Positions 47,696 to 60,914 of a stretch of 64,000 nt of DNA are shown in pieces. Where the stretch lies: NCBI RefSeq assembly GCF_009914755.1, contig NC_060926.1; one strand, written 5' to 3'. The stretch comes from the human T2T-CHM13v2.0 reference genome, Homo sapiens. The notes below the pieces were generated by a model that saw only the letters and a list, made by a program, of their open reading frames with translations, was not told the origin of the DNA and searched no databases. Positions within the stretch are counted from its first letter, which is position 1, and every line of letters starts with the position of its first letter. A program made the position numbers and the translations under genes.

Positions 47696-48807
47696 ACCAC
47701 AATGGTGTAAGTGCAAGCAGGAAGAGAATAAAGAAATAGATGTGGAGCGAAGGTATTGTGGGGCTAATGGACCACCCTTTCACTAGAGAGAAATAGAAAA
47801 AATACAAACCAAGCAAAAGAGTGAAGTTAGAAGAAAAGAACAAATCAAAGACAGTTAAGAATATTTCATTTAAAAAATATATAGTGCTAAACTTTTGCAA
47901 AAAAAATATTTTTTTGAGAGGAAAATGAGGATATAGTTAAAGAGGACAAAAGAAAAATGAGACAGTGCTATCTTTTAGCGAATGTTAACTCATGATTTAG
48001 GATGAAGGTTAGTCGTAAGAAAGACTAACCTTTTGCTCCTGCTTGAATGGATGTATTTTGTCTGTATGTAAAGATTTAACTACGTAAATGTTGACATATT
48101 AATTAGATGGTTTGTTTCAAGCAGGCAGAGCACAGCTAATGAGAAATTTAACCGTGCTTAAAATCAATGGCCTTCTTTTTGTAATAGGTTGTAATAAGCC
48201 TTCTCTTATGCACATTGGAAAACATGTTCCTTGTAGAAAACCTATCTCCATACTCCTTTCTGGATTTTTGTTTATAGGGGAGATTTTACCATTTCACAAT
48301 CAAGATTGTGTTCAGTTAATAGTTTCAAAATGTACACTATTGCTATCCAAACATGTCAGTACAGAACCCTAGAAGACTGACAGATTCTCCTGCTTAAAGG
48401 TGGAACTATCACAAAAGCAGGCCATGATTAAATATTGATAACCAAAATATTTATTCTAATGGCATTTCAAGCAGGAAATAAGAACCACACCTGGTAGTGG
48501 TAGTTATTCCAAAATGTCTGCCTCCTTAAGTTTAATCCTGGACCAACCCAGATCTGAAATCTAGGATGAGGAACAGGTATCTGTGTTTGGAACAAGTGTG
48601 CGTGTCTAGTAGTGGGACCAAAAAGAAAACCATATAGAATCTAACAACCAAACCTGTGTCTTAAGGCGAGTAAACTATAAGGTATTGGGGGTCATAGGAC
48701 CAACCTTAGAGGAGAAGTTGTTTGGGAAATAATTCAGGAAATTCTCTTCCTGGTTTATTTGTACAAAAAAAAAAAAAAAAAAAAAAGAGAGAGAGAGAAA
48801 AGCCAAA

Positions 48808-49019
48808 CAACAAGAACACCTGGACACAAAGAGGGGAACAGCAGACCCAAGAGCCTACTTGAGGGTGAAGGGTGGTTGGAGGGAGAGGATGAAAAACTAC
48901 CTATTATTACTTTGGTGACAAATAATCTCTACACCAAACCCCCATGACACACAGTTTACCTACATAATAAACCTGCACCTGTACCCCTGAACCTAAAATA
49001 AAAGTTAAAAAAAAGAAAA
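48808..49019 (+). mobile_element. L1 3' end (L1PA15/16-like)
   Basis: gaacacctggacacaaagaggggaaca...gcctacttgagggtg...aaacccccatgacacacagtttacct...cctgaacctaaaataaaagttaaaaaaa. Confidence 0.9.
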
Positions 49020-50223
49020 TCCTACTATCGAGAACCAGTTATCTGATTAACTTCTATTAATTTTTAATTTTTTAAATTATTAATTTTAATTGAGAAGTTG
49101 CTTCACCAATCATATTGCCTATGTAGAATAATTCTAGGCATATGTACACTTTCCCAAAATATGTTCATTTTTAAATAACTGAGCTTTTTACAATATAATA
49201 TTTTATACTTGTTAAAATATAGCAAACTGCCCTTTCTGGAGGTTACCTGGAGCCCTTTGTCGTTTTCTTTCATTTTCTCAAAATTCTCCCTCTGGCCAAA
49301 TCTAGACTGTATGTTGGAGTTTCAATTATGAAAGTGTTGAAAAGGCACAAAAGTCCTTTTTGCATTAAACGCAAAAACCAGCTATCACCTGGCAAGATGG
49401 CTGATTTCTATAGAAATATAAGTATAAAGATTATTTATGGTGTAAATAGACATTGCCAGCGAGTTGTAGTTAAGAAATGATGTCCTTGCATTGCCCAGTA
49501 AAAGGGGTATATCTGTGAGTATTTCTGTGTACCAAGCAATTTCTAAGGAAGAGCAGCGCCTTGGGGTCACATAGTTACATCTCAGCCAATATCCACCCTT
49601 AGTTCTCTCCTATTCCGTTGATACGATGGTAAAATACGATGCACCTGGACCACATTACTTTCGGCCTTAAGGATGACTTTGCCTTATGAAAAAAAAAATT
49701 CCTTGTCAAGTTTAAGCAGAAATATTTCAGACATCCAGACTCAAAAATCATTTACAATGTGAGAAATAAAATCCATCATATTTATTCTCCTATGGAAAAT
49801 AATATCTAACAGATTGTTTAATTTGAAAAAGAGAACAAGTGGCCTGTTGATGAATTGCTTTAGTTCCTAACGTTACTGGCAGATAGCTGATGAAAATGTA
49901 TTCATATATAATCATTAACAGTAGGACTTTTTCAGAGGGTTGGTGATAGCCTGTGGATAAACAAAAGAATTAATGTACTTCAATCTAAAGCAGCATGCAA
50001 ATCCATTTTTCACTGTTAAAGGGCAGTTAAGAAAATTACCAGTTTCTTTGAATAATCTAGTTTGTAGCTTTTAACACTAGATGGTTAATTCATGAATAGT
50101 GGACCTAAAAAATTCAATATTTCTCTCTTGTGATAGTATGTTTGCAGTAAATGAGACATTAACCTTTTTAAATCTTTTGCCTAAAACCAGGAGTCAAATG
50201 GTTTTAGCAGATATTATTAGGCC

Positions 50224-50225
<2 letters not shown>

Positions 50226-50259
<34 letters not shown>
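50226..50259. repeat. (TTA)n microsatellite
   Basis: About 11 TTA units. Confidence 0.95.
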
Positions 50260-51039
50260 TTGTAGCATGCTTCCTACTACAACTTGTTCACTGTACTTTT
50301 ACATTGTGTATCAGCATAGAATTCCATAACACAACTACCCAGTTCTCTGGTAATCCTGTATGTTGTAATTCCCTTTAAAACATTGAGTAAACTGAGCTGT
50401 ATACTTGATTTGCATAGGATAGGTGATCGAGGTTTCTTTGTGTCTTGAAATCTGATATTTAAAATTCCAACATTTTTTTATTTGCTTTTTAAAAATATGA
50501 AATTTTTTGCTATTTTCCAAATATTCTATAATTACTTATGTGTGAGCTTTACAATGGAATTTTAAAAAATTGTAAAGAATATCCTTTTTGCTTTGAAGAA
50601 TAACATGTTAGTACTGATAATGATGTCAGAATCTAACCATGGATCATGGGAGAAATTGTGAAGATTTACTAGCTTGAGCAATTCTAAACCTTTCTGCACT
50701 TTCTACAACAGCTTCTATTTTGGTTCATCTTATTGAGAAAGCAAGATTGAAATAATTGTTTGTCCTGATGAAGAGTTTGTCAAAATTGATTGCTATTGCT
50801 AAGTTGTGTTATTGGAAGTCAATATTTTGTGTCAAAAATAAATGTAGTGTTTTGTTCAATGTATCCTATACATTTGAGCATCTGGCATTTCCCCAAAAGA
50901 GGAGCAATGGGGACAGGTAAAGAGAGAGGGAAAAGAATCAGAGCCTTGTGTTCCTGAGAGAGAGGAAAAAGGGAGCTAGGGCTAGCACACTTTACAAAGT
51001 CTTATAAATGTTCACATGCTCAGCATTGCAGTTCAATCT

Positions 51040-51480
51040 CTAAGATTTTTATCCTACGTAAATAATTGAAAAAAAGTTTTAATGTTAACGAAGTTTATCA
51101 CAGGATTATTTTATAATATAAGAAATGTATATACTACAGAAATGCCTAGTAATAGATAAATGATCAAGTAAAATATGGTACATTCATATAGTATAATATA
51201 TTGGAGGCTAGGACATGAAATTGTAGTTGAACATTTTATGACATTGAAAGCTATTCATGGTATGTATTGTTAAGTCAACAATAAGGATAAAAAATATAAT
51301 TATATTCTTAAAATATTTTATATAATATACTAGAAAGAGGAAACAAAACATATGAAAACCCAATACCAGATATCAACTACTCATTGTCTCCTGTTTATAA
51401 CGTGAGTTTTGTTTTTCTTTAGTCTTGTTTATATTTCCAATTTTTAAATTAATGGATGCATGTTACTTCCATAAGAAAAA
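51040..51480 (+). mobile_element. L1ME-like 3' fragment
   Basis: aaatgcctagtaatagataaatgatcaagtaaaatatggtacattcata... Confidence 0.55.
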
Positions 51481-51779
51481 AATGCTTAAAAAATATACTT
51501 AAGCACTTTCCCTCTGAGGATGTTGGGAAGAAAGCCCAGATTTCTGTGCTTTATCTCTTAGAAGCCAGAGTAAAAATAGGTTAAGATACCACAAAACTTC
51601 TCTATACTCTATATTTTATTTTCTGAAATATTTATTGTGTATAATAGAACTTCCAAAATATGTGGTTTGCCCCAAGAATATAAAGATATTTAAATATCAA
51701 GAATGTTTTAAATGATTTAAAAAATCAAGCATCCACTTCCAATACATTTTTCAGTCAACTAAGACTGAAGGTTTTTTTC

Positions 51780-53000
51780 CCTTGACATTATAATCTACCA
51801 GAAATCAAGAAACAAGAAAATATTAATGTCATGTTTATTAAAGGCTATGATGAGACCAAGCTTCCATGAACACTACTCTCATTTAATATTTTTCTAGATG
51901 TTCTAGCAAATGTAATAAAACAATAACACTAAATAAATGTATACATATTGGGAAAAAAAGAGAAAAATTAACAAAATTACTATTATTTGTGCATAATGTG
52001 TATGACACCTAAGGAAAACGTAAGTAAATGAGCAAATAAATGCCTTATTTTAAAAATTTAGTAAATTGACTATGCTTGTTTATACAAAAATTCAATGTCC
52101 CACACTATAGTATATGTCATTCATAATCAATAGCAAAGAAAATGAAAAAAAAAACCCATTCAATTTAAAATAACTTGACATATGAAAAACCTAGGAAGAT
52201 ACTTAAAAGAGACAAAGTCTTTGTAAAAAAAAAAACTACAAAATCATGAGGACAGACATTAGAAAACAAAACTGAATGGAAAGTCTAAATGTTTAAGAGT
52301 TTTCAATTGTCTCTGAATCCATTAGTAAGGAAATCTCTGTGAACATCTTAGTAGAATTTTGAGGAAATGCAAAGTTCTTAGAAAAAATGTTTCTTAAATT
52401 CATCCAACCAAGATCAATATTCAAGAGCAGCTAAAAACAATCATTTTGAATATAAGATAAATGCAAGTAGGCTCATTAAAATGTATTCTAGAGTTCTTAT
52501 ATTTGAAACAGTATGGAACGAATAGATATTTCAGAAATTTATATGTCAATGGGACATAGTGCAACATCCAGAAGCTGACTAAAATTTAAATGCAAATTGG
52601 ATTTATAATTATAATGCAAATGCAAATGCAAAATGTGATAAACATATTTCAAATACATTAGAAAAGGATAAAATATTCAGTAAATCAAATAGAGACAATT
52701 GGCCAAAAATAGATCAATAGATAGATGGATGGATAGGTAGATGGTAGGTAGGTAAGTAGATAGATAGATATATTTACTCATAGGTTACTCTTAAAAGAAG
52801 TTTCAGATTGATTTGAATGTTAAAAATAAGAATATATAAATACTAAAAGAAAACACAGGAGTTTAAAAATAAATAATGTTTTGAAAATGGACTGCCTAAG
52901 CATAGTACCAAAGCAAGAAGTAACAAATGAAAATAATCTTGGATTAACCACATGAAAATATAAAACTTTGAGTTACATGACACTTCTTAAAAAGTTAAAA
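51780..53000 (+). mobile_element. Degenerate old L1M ORF2 fragment
   Basis: atttaatatttttctagatgttctagcaaatgtaataaaac...ttatttgtgcataatg (degenerate EVLA/FADD region); (TAGA/GGAT) tract 52716-52770. Confidence 0.65.
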
Positions 53001-53005
53001 AGCAA

Positions 53006-53527
53006 GGTATGAATAGATGAAGAAATTGTAGTGTATATGCACAACAGAATATTATTCATCCTTTAAAAAGAAAGGAAATCTTGTCATTTGCCACAACATG
53101 GATGAGCCTGGAAGATGTTATATTAAGTAAAACAAGCCAGACACAGAAAGACAAATACTGTGTGATCTCGCTTATATGTAGAACCTGAAAAAATCGGATT
53201 CATAGAAACAAAGGGTAGAATGATGGTTACCAAGGGGTTGGGGCCTGGTGGAGGGTGAGGAGAGTAGGAACTGGGGAGATATTGGTCAAAGGATACAAAA
53301 TTTCAGTTAGGACAAGTAAGTTTAGAAGGTCTACTGTGCATAGTGACGACAGTTAATAATAATGTATTGTATGCTTAAAAATCACTAGAAAAGTAGATTT
53401 TAATGTTCTCACTACTAAAAATAAGTATACGAAGTAATGAATTTGTCAATTCTATTTATACATGTATCGAAACGTGTTGCATACCATAAATATATACAAT
53501 TTTTGTCAATTAAAAAATAAAAAAAAA
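53006..53527 (+). mobile_element. L1MA (L1MA8-10-like) 3' end
   Basis: aaggaaatcttgtcatttgccacaacatggatgagcctggaag...ttggtcaaaggatacaaaatttcagttag...tcaattaaaaaataaaaa. Confidence 0.9.
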
Positions 53528-53589
53528 TTGAAAAGCAAACAATGTTAAGATTTAGGACAGAATACTAATATCTCTAATAAGAGTAACAA

Positions 53590-53830
53590 TAATAATAACC
53601 AGGTCTTATGTAGTGTTTAGCACGTGTCATGCACTACTCTAAGTGCTTTAATGTAGTAACTCACTTAATCTTCCTGTGAGCCCCATGTGGTAGGGTGCTT
53701 TATTATCCTCATTTTACAAGCAATGAAACTGAGGTGTGGAAAGGTTTTTAGTTGCCCAAAGTTAGACAGTTCTAAGTGGTGAAGCCAGAATTTGAACCCA
53801 GCACACAGGTAGATTGGCTGTTGAGACTGT
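53590..53830 (-). mobile_element. MIR SINE
   Basis: tattatcctcattttacaagcaatgaaactgaggtg...ttgcccaaagt...gaatttgaaccca. Confidence 0.88.
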
Positions 53831-54280
53831 GCTCTGCTCATTCTGACATATGCCACTCAACATTTATGAGTTATTCATGGTCAGGAAGCTCAAGATAAGC
53901 GTTCAGTAGAATAACAGAACAAAACAAAAAGCACTTTACAAAGAAAAAAGAAGGGAATACTTTAGTTTATAAATCCTTAGAAAATGTTAAACAATAATGG
54001 TTATCAAATACTGAAAAAGAAAAGGAGATTGAATATCTAATATTTCAAAGCAGTAATGATTCAAATGTTGAATAAATCTCCTGAAGAGTGTGGTAATAGG
54101 AACTCTTATGTTGATAGATAAGTACATCTCTAGAGGGCAATTTTGCAAACTGTATAAAAATAATTTAAATCACATACTTTGACCCAGTAATTACTGCCCT
54201 GGGGAAACTATTAAGCAAGGGTGTGTGTATGCGTGCGTGCACATCTGTGTCTCTGTAGGAAAAATATATAATAAAATGTA

Positions 54281-54578
54281 GGCCAGGCATGGTGGCTCAC
54301 ACATGTAATCCCAGCACTTTGGGAGGCCAAGGTGGATGATCACTTGAGGTCAGGAGTTTGAAACCATCCTGACCAACATGGTGAAACCCCGTCGCTACTA
54401 AAAACACAAAAATTAGCTGGGTGTGGTGGTGCATGTCTGTAATCCCATCCACTCAGGAGGCTGAGAATCGCTTGAACCTGGGAGGCAGAGGTTACAGTGA
54501 GCCGAGATCACGCCATTACACTACAGTCTGGGTGATAGAGCAAGACCCTGTCTCAATAAATAAATAAATAAATAAATA
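54281..54578 (+). mobile_element. AluS with (TAAA)n tail
   Basis: ggccaggcatggtggctcac...gaggtcaggagtttgaaaccatcctgaccaacatgg; short deletion at ctgag^aatcg. Confidence 0.95.
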
Positions 54579-54802
54579 ACAAGAATATATACTGAAATGT
54601 TAATGGTAATTCTGGTTGACAGGAATCTTTATTTCTCCCTGTAAACTTTCTTGTATTTTCTGGGTTATTTGAAATTAGGGTGTAATTCTTATAAAATCAG
54701 AAAAAATTACAGCTACATTTTTCTTGATAGTACTTTGAATTGATTCAGATCTCCTCTATCTGAGAAGGTTATGTATTGCTTAAAGCTTTGAAGCAGACAA
54801 TC

Positions 54803-55412
54803 ATGTCAGTTAGCAATGCTTTTGGCTGAAAGAAATATAATAACCAAACAATGGTCTATTATAAAATAAAAGTTTTTGATTACATCAAGTAACTTGACTT
54901 TTGGAAGTAGGCAGTTTCAAGCTTGATCTAGTGACTATATGCTATCATTAAGCACACAGGAACTTTTTGTTTTCCTATGTCCCACCCTCCATATGTTGTT
55001 TTTTTCTCCTTTAAACTTAAAGCCTCATGGTCATAAGATAGCTGCCTAAGCTGTAACCATCACATTCATCATCCACATTAAAGGCAGAAAAAATAATGGA
55101 AGAGTTGAGGAGAAATGCTTTCTTCTTGTGAGTTTCCATCTTTTTATCTGAAAAGAACATCTGTTTCATAATTGTTCCATCTCAGCAAACTTCAGCTTAT
55201 TATAGGCAAAACTCACATATTCACTCTTAAACCTATCAATGGCAAAGAGACATGGTATGCTTAGAACAATTATAAGTCACCCCCTGGAGCTGGGAGAGAA
55301 TTCACCCTCATTGTGATTAAGGAATAGCCCATTATTCCACTCCCGCCTATACAGAATTAGGGTTCTATTAGAAGTGAAAAGGGGTGTTAGGCCACAAGCA
55401 GTGTCTGCCATA
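54803..55412. mobile_element. MLT1K/J-like LTR
   Basis: tgtcagttagcaatgcttttggctgaaag...cctcatggtcataagatagctgc...gcagtgtctgcca. Confidence 0.7.
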
Positions 55413-56134
55413 GAAACTGAATTTTCTTGTTAATATAGTAAAACAAAACAAAAAACCTTTGTAAAACTTTTTTTGGAGAAATAGGCTAGCCCACATTTCT
55501 AGTTAACTACATTCTTTTATCAGTTCTAATTTGGGAGGTACAGGATCATAGAAATTTAGAACCATAAGGAAAGTTTTAAATCCTTAAAAATCACCCAGCC
55601 TAATTCACTTAATTAATTAATGAGGAAAGTAGGGGCATCAAGGTTCTAATCTACTCCACACCACTTGGCTATAATTAAAGAGCTGGGCCCAGCCTCCTGA
55701 TTTCCTCTTTAATGCACTGTCTCCCATGGTTTTGCCTTTAGCATATTTGAATCTAGATAATTAAAAGGAATGTTATAATGGGCTTCTCTTCATTTATTGT
55801 TTTGTCAGATCTTTTGCTGTTGGATTAGAAGTTTTTATTTACCACTTCCTGGCTTTCTCTTACTTTAGTTCTTGTTAAATCTAAGTGGAAACCTGTCATA
55901 TTTTACCATGGCAGAAAACAAACCAACAAAACAAACAGGAGCGAAGGTAGAAAATGCTTTAGAACTTAATTTTCCTTCTTGTTACCTGTCCCTCTATGAA
56001 AATCTCTTCCTTGAACCTTTATTTCACTTCCTTACTTGAGATATTAACTCAGTTTCGGATTCTTAACAGCTAATGCTACAATAATTTCTCTAATACAAAA
56101 TTTCTGAGAAACATATTGGACCAGAGAATATTTG

Positions 56135-57070
56135 TTAAACTTTTTATTAAATTCAGATTTATGGAAAGATTGCAAAGACAGGACAAAGAATTCCCATGTA
56201 CATTTCATCCATAGTACTCAACTATTGACATTTTAGCATGTTTGCTATATTAGATATGTGTATGTATAAATTTTTCTGAACCTTTTGAGAGTACAGATAT
56301 GACCTGCCTTTATTCCAGGATACCTCTATATGTATTTCCAAAAACAGAGACATTTTCTTACATAACCACAAAACCATGATCAAAATAAAAAAAGGTAACA
56401 GTGAAACATTAGTACTATCTAATCTACAAATCTTACTCAAATTTCATTAATTATACGACTAATGTTCTTCATAACAAAAAAAATTTCTAGTCTAGGTCAA
56501 TTCAGCATCAGATATTTCATTTCATGTCTTTTTAACCTCCTGTACCCACAGCAGTTCCTTAGACTCTTGGTTGTTTTTGAAGAATACAGGTCATTTATTT
56601 TGTATTAATAGAATGTCTCTCAGAGTTAGTCTGTTACTTATGATTAGATTCAAGTTAATATTTTGATGGATATTTCAGAGCGATGGAGTTGTATCCTTCT
56701 TAGTGCATCAAGAACCAAATTATATCTTTTTCCTTTCCTGATGTTGTTAACATTGATCATTTGATGTAAGATTTTTTGCTAGCTTCATGCACCCTAATGT
56801 TACCTTTTTTTTTTCTTTCTAGTTAGTAAATATCTTATGGGAAAATACTTTGAGACTGTGTAAATGTTTCTCATCTACCCTACCTAATACTTTTGCCTGA
56901 AACAATTATTACTATGGTAGTTGTCAATGATTTTCTAATTCCATTATTCCCAATACATTTATTAGTTGGCATTCTTCCATTAAAAAACATCTTTCTCTTC
57001 TCTCTCATTTATTTTTATCTGTATGCACTCCTAGATTTTTGTTTTATTCTATAGGTTATACTATTGATGG
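56135..57070 (-). mobile_element. L1MC4/5-like 3' end
   Basis: gaaagattgcaaagacaggacaaagaattccc...gacattttcttacataaccaca...tactttgagactgtgtaaat. Confidence 0.8.
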
Positions 57071-57099
57071 CTCTCACAAGTACAACTCCAACTCAGAAA

Positions 57100-57345
57100 T
57101 ATTTTTGGCTCCCCCTGTCCCCTCCCCATTGAATGCCCTCTTAGCACTTTTACTTTACTCTCTAACACATATCACAATTTGCAGTTATATATGTATGTAT
57201 AATCATTTATAGTATGTATATATTAATTTATATAATCATTTGTCTAATGGCTGCCCCCCAACATACTAGAATTAAACTGCATGGGGACAGGGACTAGGTC
57301 TATTTCATTCATTTGACATCCAGTGGAGTGCCTGACCGTAATAGC
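57100..57345 (+). mobile_element. L2 3' fragment
   Basis: ctaatggctgccccc..actagaattaaactgcatggggacagggactaggtctatttcattc...gtgcctgac. Confidence 0.65.
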
Positions 57346-57656
57346 TACTTTTTGAGAGAACACTTCTGTATCTGAATGTATTTTTAAAGACTTAAACATA
57401 TATATTATATAGTACATTGTGCAGAAAGAAAATAAAGCATGAAGGTTAACAAACCAAATTAAGAAATAATATTAACTGGTTTCATGATTTTAATAAACTA
57501 GCATCTCTCAGATCTTTTATGGCAATTCTACCACACATGTTTATATGCAAAGGTCCCAATATAAATGGTTTAAGTCTCACATAGGTAATTGTCCAGCTTC
57601 CAGTTGTCAACTGTGAAATTTCTGTGTAGTGAAAACTAATTAATTTTTAAAAGCAC

Positions 57657-58345
57657 TATTCATTCATTTAGTCAGTCAGCTAATATTTATTAAGGCGCAC
57701 TGCAGTGGCCAGATATGATGTTAGGAATAGGTATGCACTGGTAATCAAAAAGGAACTATTTTCATAGAACTTGCAGTTTAGTAAGAATGATAAACATTAA
57801 ACAAACAAATACTGAACTATTTTAATCACATTAAGCTATTTAAAAAGCTCAAAGAGGATCTTATGAAGGATATTAACAGGAGGCACCTACTTTAAAGTGG
57901 ATCGTTAGGAAAATCATGTCTGCAAAGAGTATGATAAGTTCGCTGAGATCTGATGGACAAGAAGGAACCAACGGTGTGAGGAGTGTGTGTGCAGTTTGTG
58001 TTACATGTGTGTAGGAGAGAAAGAGGAAAAGGGCATTGCAGTGTGTAGGTAAAAATGTACAAAAGTGTGTGAGAGACTGCAGGTAGGGAAAACTTGGGAT
58101 GTCCATAGAATTGCTAAATAGCTCATATGGCTAACCCATAAATACAAAGAGAAGGTAGCTAGAATTGATAAATAGCCCATGTGGCTAACCCATAGTATAC
58201 AAGAGAAAGTAACTAGAGAACAGGCAGAGGGAGGGGCTGGACTCAAGTTATACAGATCTTTGTAGGCTGGCTTAAGGATTTGGGATTGTATTTTTTTCTG
58301 AGCAAAATACAAAATCATTAGTGGTTTTAAGCAGAGGCATCATGG
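57657..58345 (-). mobile_element. L2 3' region
   Basis: attcattcatttagtcagtcagctaatatttattaag...ggttttaagcagaggc. Confidence 0.75.
58106..58217. repeat. 54-bp tandem duplication inside L2
   Basis: tagaattgctaaatagctcatatggctaacccata... / tagaattgataaatagcccatgtggctaacccata... Confidence 0.9.
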
Positions 58346-58353
58346 GATTGAAA

Positions 58354-58630
58354 GTACAATCAATTCTTAGTATTTGCAAATTTTATATTTATATTTGCAA
58401 ATCTCATATTTGCAAATTCACCTACTTACTAAGATTTATTTGTAACCCCAAAATGTGCCCAAAACTTGTGGCACTTTCACAGTCACAGAGTGGTGAAAAA
58501 TTTGAGTCACCCAATCAATGCGCACATTCCCAGCTGAGACCTAACAAGGTAATGCCCTGTCTTCCTGCTTCAGCTCTCATACTGTAAACAAATGTCCTTT
58601 TTATGGACCATTTAGTGCCATGTTTTCAAA
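58354..58630. mobile_element. MER82-like TcMar-Tigger DNA transposon fragment
   Basis: atatttgcaaattcacctacttactaagatttatttgtaaccccaaaat...aaaatttgagtcacc...ttcagctctcatactgtaaacaaatgtcctttt. Confidence 0.8.
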
Positions 58631-58950
58631 ACTTTTAGTTAGATGTGGGCTTAATTCATTTATTCATTTGACATATATTTAATTGGCTTTCAATGGCTGT
58701 TAAATCATTATCTGTCAGAAAATGTCTTGTTCACCAACTTGTAATATTAATACTAATCAGCCTATAAATGCAAATTTTTTAACCTTATCATCATCCAGAG
58801 AGCCTCAAAAAGATATTCCCCTTCCACCACCATCAAGCTGAAGGATGCTTTCTTTCATTTTCATAGTAGAGAGTTTAGTATATTAAAATACTTAATGCTA
58901 GCTGCAATTGGGATATTTATGAAGTTCCCATCTTTTATATTTTTCAGTTC

Positions 58951-59248
58951 TTTTTTTTTTTTTTTTTTTGAGGCAGGGTCTAATGTTGTCACCCAGGCTG
59001 GAGTGCAGTGGCACAATTATGGCTCACTGCAGCCTTGACCTCTGGGGCTCAAGCAATCCTGCCATGTCAGCCTCTTGAGTAGCTGGAACTACAGGCACAC
59101 ACCACCACACCTGGCTTATACATTTATTTATAGAGACAGGGTCTCCATACGTTGCCCAGGCTGGTCTCGAACTCCTAAGTTCTAGTGATCCTTCCACCTC
59201 AGCCTCCCAAAGTGCTGGAATTACAGGCGTGAGCCACCTTGCCTGGCC
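58951..59248 (-). mobile_element. AluJ
   Basis: Poly-T, then gaggcagggtc...gcagccttgacctctggggctcaagcaatcc...gagccaccttgcctggcc. Confidence 0.93.
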
Positions 59249-59452
59249 AGTGAGTTATTTTCAATCAATTTAACTAAAATGTTATTATTTTATCAGAGGG
59301 ATTTTTAAGAAGAAAGCAGTCATTGATGAACCTTTCTGCCACTAATCATAAGACTTTTTTTCACTTCAAAGGAACTCCAAGAGCTTTCCATTATAAAGAT
59401 TAAGCAATTGAGGGAAAACATATTACTTTAGCAAAGAAATTTCTTTAGAAGT

Positions 59453-59877
59453 TGATATGGTTTGGCTGTGTCCCCACCCAAATCTCATCTTGAATTGTAG
59501 TTCCCATAATCCCCACGTGTTCATGGGAGGGACCCAGTGGGAGGTAATTGAATCATGGGAGTGGTTACCCCCATGCTGCTGTTCTCGTGATAGTGAGTGA
59601 GTTCTCACAGGATCTGATGGTTTTATAAGGGGCTCTTCTCCCTTTGCTTGGCACTTCTAACTGCTGCTGCCTTGTGAAGAAGGACATGTTTGCTTCCCCT
59701 TCTACCTTCCACCATGATTGTGTGTTTGCTTCCCCTTCCCTTTCCACCATGACTGTATGTTTCCTGAAGCCTTCCCAGCCATGCAGAACTAATTGAGAGT
59801 CAATTAAACCGCTTTCCTTTATAAATTACCCAGTCTTGGGTTTGTCTTTATTAGCAGCATGAGAATGGACTAATACA
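59453..59877 (+). mobile_element. THE1 (THE1C/D-like) solo LTR, ERVL-MaLR
   Basis: TG...CA ends (tgatatggtttggctgtgtccccacccaaatctc ... gactaataca); perfect 5-bp TSD gaagt at 59448-59452 and 59878-59882. Confidence 0.95.
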
Positions 59878-60029
59878 GAAGTATATACATCAGCAGAGAC
59901 ATACATAAACATATTATATCATACACATTCATTACCTGCTCAAATTGTTACCCTTTTCTTCTTAGCAGTAGTTCAGTATTGTTCACATAATCTCCTCCAC
60001 ATGTCTGTGTTCTTGGGAAAGACAATTCT

Positions 60030-60450
60030 ATCACCAGCCCCAGTAGTTTGGAAATTGAACCACTTTAGCCAATGATGATTATTTCATCCCCTCTGCTTGG
60101 GAAAAGTCATGTGATCCAACTCTGGCCAAAGAACCCTGAGTCTGTTGTGATAACTTCTAAGAAAAATTTTCCAGATGAAAAGAGACACGTGGAAAAAATA
60201 CGTCTCTGAATGTGGGGTTAAGTGAGCCAGTGGTGCCAGGAGATGTCTAAGCCATCTTGCAGCTATAGCAGTTTAAGCATGAGGACAAAAGGCAATGCCC
60301 TGAGGAAATATATTAAAAATCTAGGTATATGATGCCACCATCTAATGACCGAATTAACCAACCTACAGAGGAAATTGTATCTGCAGCTTATTGCTTTCAG
60401 CATTTAAGACATTTTGGGTTGAGTCTTCTATAACTTGGAGTCATAAGCAT
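60030..60450. mobile_element. Old MLT1-like LTR fragment
   Basis: gtcatgtgatccaactctggccaa...gccatcttgcagctat...atgaggacaaaaggcaatgccctgagga. Confidence 0.6.
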
Positions 60451-60486
60451 CTTAATATGAACCACCATTAGGAAGTTTATTATTTC

Positions 60487-60585
60487 ATACTTCATCATGT
60501 GTAAGATACACATATTTGTACATTTTAATATCTCTAAAAAGGAAATGCATCTTACAATTGATGGCACCTCAGCTTCAATGAACTA
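60487..60585. mobile_element. MER104-like TcMar-Tc2 fragment
   Basis: taagatacacat...acattttaatatctct...atgcatcttacaattgatggca. Confidence 0.55.
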
Positions 60586-60914
60586 AAAAATTATTTCTAT
60601 GAAAAGTTTAATATTCAACATTAAGATATGCAAAAGCATTATGTTAAGCAAAGGTATCCTGATGACATTCTAAGGTATCTAGTCATTGGTAGAACCTAGG
60701 GCATTCAGTATTAATCTGATACAAAATGAAGTAATGCATCACCCGTTAGATTAGTTACAAAAATGACTATGGAGTGTGAACTGTAATCGTGGACTCAAGA
60801 TCAAACAGTCAAGATTATAAAATCTTTTGATTCTCCTCAAATATATTGTTACATATGGTTAGCATTCTTTCCACTAGAAAAAAAAAGGTATTTGCTTTGA
60901 AAATACATAGTCAT

